Source of the DNA: a virus
Taxonomy: Duplodnaviria; Caudoviricetes
IMG/VR virus record: IMGVR_UViG_3300018089_000003
Span: 1-54,009 of that record
Length of the DNA: 54,009 nt
Strand: one strand, 5' to 3'
Within the stretch, counting starts at the first letter, position 1, and the number at the start of each line of letters is the position of its first letter. The notes under the pieces are model-generated. The model was not told the DNA's origin and made no database searches. It saw only the letters and a list, made by a program, of their open reading frames with translations. Of the stretch, positions 47,452-54,009 are shown piece by piece. The position numbers and the translations under genes are program-made.

Positions 47452-47489
47452 CAACCCGCCGCCCTGCCGGGGGTAGCCTCCGGGGCGTG
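47452..47489 (+). promoter_or_regulatory. Putative leaderless late promoter for packaging/head operon
   Basis: CAACCCG-N15-TAGCCT-N7-GTG; matches 16165-16201. Confidence 0.5.
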
Positions 47490-47987
47490 CCTGAGGTTAA
47501 CACCCCCTCAACAGGCGAGCTGAACCCTCAGCAGCGGCGCTTCGTCGCCGAATTCCTCAAGGATTGCCACGGGACACAAGCGGCAATCCGAGCCGGCTAC
47601 TCGCAGAAGACCGCAGCGAGTCAGGCAAGCCGGCTGTTGAGAAATGCCCAAATCCAGGCTGCGATTCAACAGGGGCTGTCAAAGGTAGAGCGTCGGGCTG
47701 TCATCGACGCGGCCTACGTCCTGAACGGGCTGAAAGAGGTGGCGGACCGGTGCCGGCAGAAGGTGCCGGTGATGATTCGCCACGGCCGAGGGATGGTTCA
47801 GAAGACCGAAGAGGACCCTGAGACCGGCGAGGAGCGCGGCGTCTGGGAGTTCGACTCGATGGGCGCCAACAAGGCGCTTGAGCTCCTCGGCAAGCACCTG
47901 GCCCTGTTCACGGAGAAGCTCGAGGCGAGCGGGCCCGGCGGGGGTCCGCTCGAGCTCGTGATCCGAGACTTGGCAAAGGAGGAGTGA
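47487..47987 (+). CDS. terS: Terminase small subunit
   Basis: LNPQQRRFVAEFL.D..GTQAAIRAGYS.KTA..QASRLL, KALELLGKHL. Confidence 0.92.
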   Translation: MPEVNTPSTGELNPQQRRFVAEFLKDCHGTQAAIRAGYSQKTAASQASRLLRNAQIQAAIQQGLSKVERRAVIDAAYVLNGLKEVADRCRQKVPVMIRHGRGMVQKTEEDPETGEERGVWEFDSMGANKALELLGKHLALFTEKLEASGPGGGPLELVIRDLAKEE

Positions 47988-48181
47988 TGCCCGCAACCAG
48001 TCAATCCCAGTACCGCGCAATGCAGGCCGCCGCGCATGGCAGCAGCACGCTCGGCATTCCGAAGAAGGTGGGCGAGGACTTCGCCGACGCGACGCCGAGC
48101 CCCGGCCAGCTTCCGAAGCGAGCCCCGAAGCGCAAGGGCTCACCGATGGCCGACGCCATGAGGCGCAGCAAGGGGCAGTAG
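47984..48181 (+). CDS. Small conserved phage protein
   Basis: MPATS..Q.RAM.AAAHG.STLGIPKKVG.DF motif. Confidence 0.6.
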   Translation: MMPATSQSQYRAMQAAAHGSSTLGIPKKVGEDFADATPSPGQLPKRAPKRKGSPMADAMRRSKGQ

Positions 48182-48201
48182 CGGAAGCGGGCCACCGGGC
48201 G

Positions 48202-48465
48202 GTGCCCGTCAACATGCCGCGTCTGGATGCGGCGAACCCCCGGCACAACCCACACCCAGGGGAAGTGATGATCGAACGCTGCGGAGATTGCAGGTGGTGG
48301 AACCGGAAGGAAAGAGAGTGCTGGCGACATCCGCCGATGCCGCACCTCACCATGCACCCCAATCGACTCACGGGGCAGGTGGAACCTCTTGTGCTGGCGC
48401 TGCGCCCGCCGACGCCGGAGACGAGCTGGTGCGGGGACTTTCAGGCTGCACGGGGTGATGCGTGA
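48202..48465 (+). CDS. Cys-rich hypothetical protein
   Basis: CGDCRWW...C.RHPP...WCGDF. Confidence 0.55.
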   Translation: MPVNMPRLDAANPRHNPHPGEVMIERCGDCRWWNRKERECWRHPPMPHLTMHPNRLTGQVEPLVLALRPPTPETSWCGDFQAARGDA

Positions 48466-48659
48466 CCCGTAAAATCATGCGCTTCATAGCGAGCGCTGCT
48501 GATCGCGACCGAAGAATAGTGGGCGAAGTGGCAGCCAAATACCGGACACTATTTGCCAGCACCCAGCGCGAATTCCAACAGTTGACGACAGACACGCAGC
48601 GACACTTTCAGGCGGCCATTCAGGACACTTACCGACGTTTTTACGGGGGTGATGCCTGA
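48462..48659 (+). CDS. Small lower-GC hypothetical protein
   Basis: 65 aa, GTGA coupling, flanked by near-direct repeats. Confidence 0.5.
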   Translation: MTRKIMRFIASAADRDRRIVGEVAAKYRTLFASTQREFQQLTTDTQRHFQAAIQDTYRRFYGGDA

Positions 48660-50098
48660 GCACGGCAGTTGCCAGCGCGCGCTTCGTCTCGGGGGGCGGG
48701 ACCATCCCGAACGCCCGGTTCAAGCCGCGCTGGTATCAGAAGCCGGTGATGTTGCACTACACCGGCGGCGGACACGACGGGCGCCGCAAGCGCGGCGTGG
48801 CGGTGTTCCATCGGCGGGCCGGCAAGGACCTGCTCGCGATGATGATCGCCGACATCTGCGCGTTTCGCCGTGTGGGCGCGTATTGGCACACGTTCCCCAC
48901 GTTCGAACAGGGGCGCAAGGCGATCTGGGAGGGGTTCACCAAGGACGGCGACCGGATCATCGACTACGTGTTCCCTCCCGAGCAGGTTCGCAGCCGCGAC
49001 AACCAGCAGATGAAGGTGGAGCTCAAGAACGGCTCCATCTACCGCATCATCGGCACCGACAAGATCGAGTCCGTGGGCGCTGGCCCCGTTGGCGTCATAC
49101 ACTCCGAGTACAGCATAGCGAAGCCGAGGGCGCGCGACCTGATCGCGCCGATGCTCAGAGAGAATGACGGCTGGGAGCTGTGCGTCTACACGCCGCGCGG
49201 GAACAACCACGGGAAGAAGTTGTTCGACCGCGCGAGCCAGCTGGCGAAGCTCGAGCCGGAGCGCTGGTTCTGCGACCTCAAGACGCTCTACGACACGCGC
49301 GCGTACAACCCCGACCAAACGTTGACGGAGGAGCGCGCCGAAGGGAAGCCAGAGGCTCTCATACGCCAAGAGTATCTCTGCGACTGGACCGCCGCCAACG
49401 TCGGCGCCGTCTACGGTGACCTCATCGAAGCGCTCGAGAAGGCTGGGCGCGTCTGCGAGTTCGAGCCCGAGAAGGACCGGGCATTCACGACGTGGGACCT
49501 CGGTGGCGCAGGCGCGAGGGGCGATGCGACGTGCTTCTGGCTGTGGGCGGCCCGCGACGACGGCGCTGTCCTGCTCGACTACTGCGAGGGCCAGGGCAAG
49601 ACGCTCGATCACTACATGGACGAGGCAGACAGGCGCGCGGCACAAGCGAGCGTGCGCGTCGTCACGCACTACTTCCCCCACGACTCCAGGGCGAAACACC
49701 TGACCGGCGCCAGCGTCCTCGAGCAGGCCGACCGTCGCTGGCCGGAGTGCGTGGGCATCTACCCGGAAGACTCGTTCCTGAACGGCATCAGCGCCGCGCG
49801 CTGGCTGCTGCAGCGCAACGTCTGGATTCACCCGCGATGCTCCGAGGGCGTCGAGGCACTCAAGGCATACCACTACGAGTGGGACGACGACCGGAAGACA
49901 CTGAGCAACCAGCCGGTGCACGACTGGAGCTCGCATGCTGCAGACGCCTTCCGCGGTGTAGCGCTCGTGATGCGCAAGGCGACGGAGCTGACGCAGCACG
50001 AGGAGCCGCCCAAGAACGAGCCCGTGGAGGTCCCGGAGTGCACGTGGAACGACCTCATGGCCGATCGCGCAGCTGAGCGGCGGTGGCGGAGGGATTGA
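48656..50098 (+). CDS. terL: Terminase large subunit
   Basis: IPN..F.PRWYQ, HRRAGKD Walker A, TPRG.NHG, WDLG, HDWSSH.ADAFR; start uncertain (CTG 48656 versus GTG 48746). Confidence 0.92.
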   Translation: MSTAVASARFVSGGGTIPNARFKPRWYQKPVMLHYTGGGHDGRRKRGVAVFHRRAGKDLLAMMIADICAFRRVGAYWHTFPTFEQGRKAIWEGFTKDGDRIIDYVFPPEQVRSRDNQQMKVELKNGSIYRIIGTDKIESVGAGPVGVIHSEYSIAKPRARDLIAPMLRENDGWELCVYTPRGNNHGKKLFDRASQLAKLEPERWFCDLKTLYDTRAYNPDQTLTEERAEGKPEALIRQEYLCDWTAANVGAVYGDLIEALEKAGRVCEFEPEKDRAFTTWDLGGAGARGDATCFWLWAARDDGAVLLDYCEGQGKTLDHYMDEADRRAAQASVRVVTHYFPHDSRAKHLTGASVLEQADRRWPECVGIYPEDSFLNGISAARWLLQRNVWIHPRCSEGVEALKAYHYEWDDDRKTLSNQPVHDWSSHAADAFRGVALVMRKATELTQHEEPPKNEPVEVPECTWNDLMADRAAERRWRRD

Positions 50099-52317
50099 TG
50101 GCCGACGAGACGCCGCAGGCAGAGCCGCAGAAGGTAGAGGGCCAGTTCGACCTGTCGGACCCGGTTGATGCCGCGAAATACTGGGCCAGGGAGTTCCAGG
50201 CGGCGCGCGACGAGGGCTCCGAGGACTGGCCCGGCATCACGAGCTGGCAGGAGAAGGGGCGCAAGGTCGTTCACCGCTTCCGGGCGCAGAAGAAGGGCAG
50301 CCGGCGCGCGAACGACAGCCGGATCCACATCTTCCCGGCGAACGTCATCACTCAGCGCGCGATCCTGGTCGGCAACACGCCCAAGTGCGAGGTGACGAGG
50401 CGCCACGACGACGCAGACGACGACGTGGCGCGCGTCGCCTCGGACATGCTGGAACGCATCCTCAACAGCGGGCTCGAGGAGGAGAGCAAGGGGCTCTCGT
50501 TCGTGCTCAGCCGCTGTGTTGAGGACCGGCTGCTGCCGGGCATGGGCGTGTCCCGGGTGCACTTCGGGTGCGAATTCGTCACGGAGCCGGAGAAACCGGC
50601 GATCATGGCGCCGTGCCCGACGTGCCAAGGCACCGGCGCACAATACGGACCGTCATTCACCACCACCCTGGAGCAGCCGGAGCCGCCTCCCCTGGAGCCC
50701 GGGTATGGTTCCTGCCCGCAGTGCGACGGCGCTGGACAGATCCAGCAGGCCCCAGCAGTGCCCGCGCAGGAAGCTCCAGCGAACGAGACGGCCGACGTCT
50801 CCTATGTACACTGGCAGGACCACTTGTGGAGCGCGTGCCGCACGCCAGCGGACAAGCGGTGGGAGGCGTACTCCGCGGAGATGTCCCGCAAGCAGCTCGC
50901 GGACATGTTCGAGGAGGGCAGCGACCCACGTATACCGGCCGTGACGAAGAACCGGGGCCGCGAGGACGGCACGCGCGGCAAGGAGTCGCCCTGGAAGCGC
51001 TTCAAGGTCTGGGAGATCTGGAGCAAGGAGCACAAGCGCGTCTTTTGGTTCATCGAGGGCTTCAACCGCACCCTCACGAACACGGCGAACCCGACCGGCG
51101 AGGACCCGCTGCACCTAGAGGACTTCTTTCCGTCGCCTGTTCCGCTGATGGCGAACGCGACGACGGACGCGTTCCTGCCGGTGCCGGACTACGTCTACGC
51201 GGAAGACCTCTATGAGGAGGCCGACGAACTCACGGCACGCATCCGAGGGATCGTCAAGGCGATCAAGGTAGCGGGCGTCTGCGACAAGAACGCTCGCGGG
51301 CTCTCGAGGCTCCTCGACGAGGCGTGCGAGCTCGAGCTCATCCCGGTGGGCAACTGGGCTGAGTTCATGAAGAACGGCGGGATCGGCGCGTCGTTCCAAC
51401 TCCTGCCCGTGAAGGACATGGTCGACACGGTCCAGGCGCTGGTGGTGCAGCGCAACCTCGTCATCGAGAGCATCTATCAGGTCACGGGTCTCGGCGACAT
51501 CATCCGCGGCCAGCAGCAGCAGACCGAGACCGCGACCACCAGTGCTATCAAGGCTCGGTATGCGTCGGTGCGGCTCCAGGACCTGCAGAAGGAGGTGGCG
51601 CGCTACGCCACGGATGCGCAGCGCCTGCGCAAGGAGGTCATCGCCAAGCACTGGAGCATCCGGACCATCATCGACCGTTCGTGCATCATGCGCAGCGCGG
51701 AGGCGCAGACGCTCGAGGGCCAGCAGCGGATCATGGCCGCGGCGCAGCTCATCAAGGACAAGCACCTAGACTTCCTGGTCGCGGTGAAGCCCGAGCAGGT
51801 GAGCCTCCAGGACTGGGCGCAGCTCAAGCAGCAGCGCACGGAGGTGCTCACGGCGCTGGGCCAATACTTCCAGTCGATGATGCCGTTCCTGCAGTCGCTC
51901 GGTGCCGGCGGCCCCGAGGCCGTCAAGGCGGGGCTGCAGCTCGTGCTCCGCAACGCCCAATGGCTCGTGGCGGGCATGCCGGGCGCGGGCGCCGTGGAGA
52001 GTGCGATCGACTCATTCGTGGCGCAGGTCGAGAAGCCGGCGCAGCAGGCCGCACAGCAGCCGCCGGCGCAGCCGAAGCCAGACCCAAAGGTGATCGCGGC
52101 TGGCATCAAGGCACAGGGCGACGTGGCGAAGACGCAGGCGGCGACGCAGGGGCGCCTCATCGAGATCACTGCCGAGACGCGGGCGAAGATGGCCGAGCGC
52201 CAACACGACGCAGCCATGGACGTCGCGACGCAGAATGCTACCAGCGAGGCCCGGATGCGGCTTGACGCGCTGCGGAGCGTGGACGCGGTAACGGGCCAGG
52301 GAGGGATGGGCCGATGA
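50098..52317 (+). CDS. Portal protein
   Basis: About 740 aa after TerL; DRLLPG.G, VWEIW.K, DFFP.P.PL, IYQVTG..DIIRG, ETAT. Confidence 0.88.
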   Translation: MADETPQAEPQKVEGQFDLSDPVDAAKYWAREFQAARDEGSEDWPGITSWQEKGRKVVHRFRAQKKGSRRANDSRIHIFPANVITQRAILVGNTPKCEVTRRHDDADDDVARVASDMLERILNSGLEEESKGLSFVLSRCVEDRLLPGMGVSRVHFGCEFVTEPEKPAIMAPCPTCQGTGAQYGPSFTTTLEQPEPPPLEPGYGSCPQCDGAGQIQQAPAVPAQEAPANETADVSYVHWQDHLWSACRTPADKRWEAYSAEMSRKQLADMFEEGSDPRIPAVTKNRGREDGTRGKESPWKRFKVWEIWSKEHKRVFWFIEGFNRTLTNTANPTGEDPLHLEDFFPSPVPLMANATTDAFLPVPDYVYAEDLYEEADELTARIRGIVKAIKVAGVCDKNARGLSRLLDEACELELIPVGNWAEFMKNGGIGASFQLLPVKDMVDTVQALVVQRNLVIESIYQVTGLGDIIRGQQQQTETATTSAIKARYASVRLQDLQKEVARYATDAQRLRKEVIAKHWSIRTIIDRSCIMRSAEAQTLEGQQRIMAAAQLIKDKHLDFLVAVKPEQVSLQDWAQLKQQRTEVLTALGQYFQSMMPFLQSLGAGGPEAVKAGLQLVLRNAQWLVAGMPGAGAVESAIDSFVAQVEKPAQQAAQQPPAQPKPDPKVIAAGIKAQGDVAKTQAATQGRLIEITAETRAKMAERQHDAAMDVATQNATSEARMRLDALRSVDAVTGQGGMGR

Positions 52318-52670
52318 CCTGTGGCGAGTTCGCGGGCCAGCTGCTGCACGCGGTGACCGTCGCGCACGTGTTCCATCTGCGGACGCGCTCGTACGCCAAC
52401 CACAAGGCGCTCGAGGAGCTCTACGAGGGCCTGCAGGACGGCGTTGATGAGCTCGTCGAGTGTTACCAGGGCACCTATGGCCTCATCGAGGACTGGCCGG
52501 CACAGGTAGAGATCCCGGACGGCGAGGCGCTCTCATGGGTGCAGGGCCTGTCGCGGTTCGTCCAGGAGGGCCGCGGCGCTGTCGGCGATGACTCCGAGCT
52601 CCAGAACCTGGTCGACGAGATCCAGGCGCTCATTGATCGCACGCTGTACAAGCTGCAGTTTCTGGGCTGA
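52314..52670 (+). CDS. Ferritin/Dps-like four-helix protein
   Basis: H.FHL.T.SYA.HKAL..LY......DELVE.YQG.YG...L.N..DEI......YKL. Confidence 0.7.
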   Translation: MTCGEFAGQLLHAVTVAHVFHLRTRSYANHKALEELYEGLQDGVDELVECYQGTYGLIEDWPAQVEIPDGEALSWVQGLSRFVQEGRGAVGDDSELQNLVDEIQALIDRTLYKLQFLG

Positions 52671-52672
52671 CC

Positions 52673-53272
52673 ATGGCGAAGCCTCACAACGCGTACATCG
52701 GCAACCTGTCCCCCGGATATGAGTGGTCTGTCGAGCCGCACTGGGACGACCAGCAGGGCTCAGAGAGCCAGGGCTCGGGCGGGGCAGCGCTCACGTACGC
52801 AACCTACCGGGACACGCCGTTCAAGCTGTTCTCGTTCCGCGCCTCGCAGAGCGACGAACTGCACCTGCGGTTCCAGATGCCGCACGGCTGGGATCCGACG
52901 ACCGAGGTTCACTTCCACATCCACACGATCCCGCTGACGGACCCGGCAGCGGCCCAGTCAGCTCGCATCGAGGGACAGTACTTCTGGATCACGCACAGCG
53001 GCGTCGAGATCCCGGCGAACGCTGGCTGGACGACGTTCGCCCTAGACTTCGCGATCGACCCTGGCGACGTGAACATGCAGAAGGTGGCGCCGGTCTTCCA
53101 TTCTCAGCCGCCAACGGATGCACAGGAATCCTCGATCCTGCTCGTCTACGTGAAGCGCTCTGGGCTGGACGTGGCCGACACGTACACGGGCAACCTGGCG
53201 ATCCTGTCGCTGGACTGCCACATTCAACGCGTGAAGATCGGGACGCTCGCCGAGCTTCCGCAGCACGGGTGA
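52673..53272 (+). CDS. Head-module hypothetical protein (variant B)
   Basis: 199 aa, FQMPHGW....HFHIH motif; homolog of 1-442. Confidence 0.8.
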   Translation: MAKPHNAYIGNLSPGYEWSVEPHWDDQQGSESQGSGGAALTYATYRDTPFKLFSFRASQSDELHLRFQMPHGWDPTTEVHFHIHTIPLTDPAAAQSARIEGQYFWITHSGVEIPANAGWTTFALDFAIDPGDVNMQKVAPVFHSQPPTDAQESSILLVYVKRSGLDVADTYTGNLAILSLDCHIQRVKIGTLAELPQHG

Positions 53273-53280
53273 GGTTGGGT

Positions 53281-53811
53281 ATGGCGAGAGGCATTGCGGC
53301 AAACGAACCTGTCGTCTCCCAGGCGCAAACGCGCGCCTTCGATGAGGGGGCCGACCGCATCGGACTCGGCAAGAGCAGGGCCAGCAAGGAGCGCGGCGTG
53401 TGGGTCCTAGACCGCGCCACGGGACGCCTCGTGCGGCCCTGGGAGGCGACGGAACTCGACGAGACGCGGCCGGCGAAGCACGCGCCGATCTCCGTAGACC
53501 GCCATTACGAGGGCGTCCGCTCGCCGATCGACGGCACGGTCTTCCAATCGCGGCGCCAGCACAAGCAGTACATGAAGGATCGCGGCCTCACGACCGCTGA
53601 CGACTTCAACGCGAAGGGCGGCTACTGGGACAAGGCCGCATTGAAGCGCGCCCAGGGGCTCTCGACGACCGAGCACAAGCGGGACCGCCGCGACCGCATC
53701 GGCAAGCGGCTCTACGAGGTCGAGAAGCTTCCACAGAAGGCGTACGACCAGCAGGTCCAGGCGGCCGACCGCAAGCGGCGCGAGCGCGGGACGGCGGTGC
53801 CTACCGAGTAG
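53281..53811 (+). CDS. Conserved head-module protein (variant B)
   Basis: Homolog of 830-1363. Confidence 0.75.
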   Translation: MARGIAANEPVVSQAQTRAFDEGADRIGLGKSRASKERGVWVLDRATGRLVRPWEATELDETRPAKHAPISVDRHYEGVRSPIDGTVFQSRRQHKQYMKDRGLTTADDFNAKGGYWDKAALKRAQGLSTTEHKRDRRDRIGKRLYEVEKLPQKAYDQQVQAADRKRRERGTAVPTE

Positions 53812-53841
53812 CCAGCACTCCACACCCAGGAGAGACACACC

Positions 53842-54009
53842 ATGGCTGACGAAGTGACCGATCGCAAAGAGATGCTCAGGGCGGCATGGAACGCGGCAGC
53901 TGCCGAGGCCGAACCTGACGAGACCCCTGCCGAGCCCACAGAGGAGCCGGCAGCGGAGCCCGAGGAGCCCGCCGCGGAGCCAGCCCAGGAGCCGCAGGAG
54001 GGCGCGGGC
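53842..54009 (+). CDS. Scaffolding protein, N-terminal part (variant B, runs off window)
   Basis: MADEVTDRKEMLRAAWNAA start identical to 1588. Confidence 0.85.
   Translation, partial: MADEVTDRKEMLRAAWNAAAAEAEPDETPAEPTEEPAAEPEEPAAEPAQEPQEGAG

Larger units (their letters stand above)
52831..54009 (+). repeat. Right copy (variant B) of imperfect long direct repeat
   Basis: Begins with the same CTCGTTCCGCGCCTCGCAGA as position 1; lacks three small ORFs present in the left copy. Confidence 0.95.

Noticed and set aside
1-54009. CRISPR array, diversity-generating retroelement or retron
   Set aside because: No regularly spaced repeat-spacer array, no reverse-transcriptase motifs, and no adenine-specific TR/VR pair seen. 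Differences between the end repeats are not A-specific.

Overview
The window is one essentially complete, GC-rich temperate tailed phage genome (unit length about 52.8 kb) with podovirus-type morphogenesis genes. It is read from a permuted start inside the head module. Gene order: scaffold, major capsid, decoration, glycosyltransferase and methyltransferase, adaptor, nozzle, GNAT, ejection proteins, tail fibre, lysis cassette, tailspike (1-21.3 kb, +). Next come a small leftward accessory cluster, an intact attP (tRNA 3' fragment plus arm-type repeats), tyrosine integrase, excisionase, Sak4/Gam-type recombination genes and repressor (21.7-34.9 kb, -). Then cro/cII-like regulators, exonuclease, two DNA methylases, HNH nucleases, replication initiator with DnaC-like loader, VRR-NUC, TerS, TerL, portal and a ferritin-like gene (35-54 kb, +). 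The two ends (1-1752 and 52831-54009) are homologous but not identical, with mostly synonymous substitutions and three whole-gene indels. The window therefore joins two related phage variants, either a tandem double lysogen or a population-assembly chimera. A Myxococcota-like host is a weak inference from GC content and the integrase N-terminus. Most notable: an L,D-transpeptidase-fold (Tlde1/DUF2778-like) protein in the endolysin position, a spanin candidate with reversed topology, att-core copies between small accessory genes, a DnaJ-type zinc finger inserted in the portal, and a shared leaderless late-promoter motif. All family assignments come from motif recognition and synteny by eye. No database searches were run.
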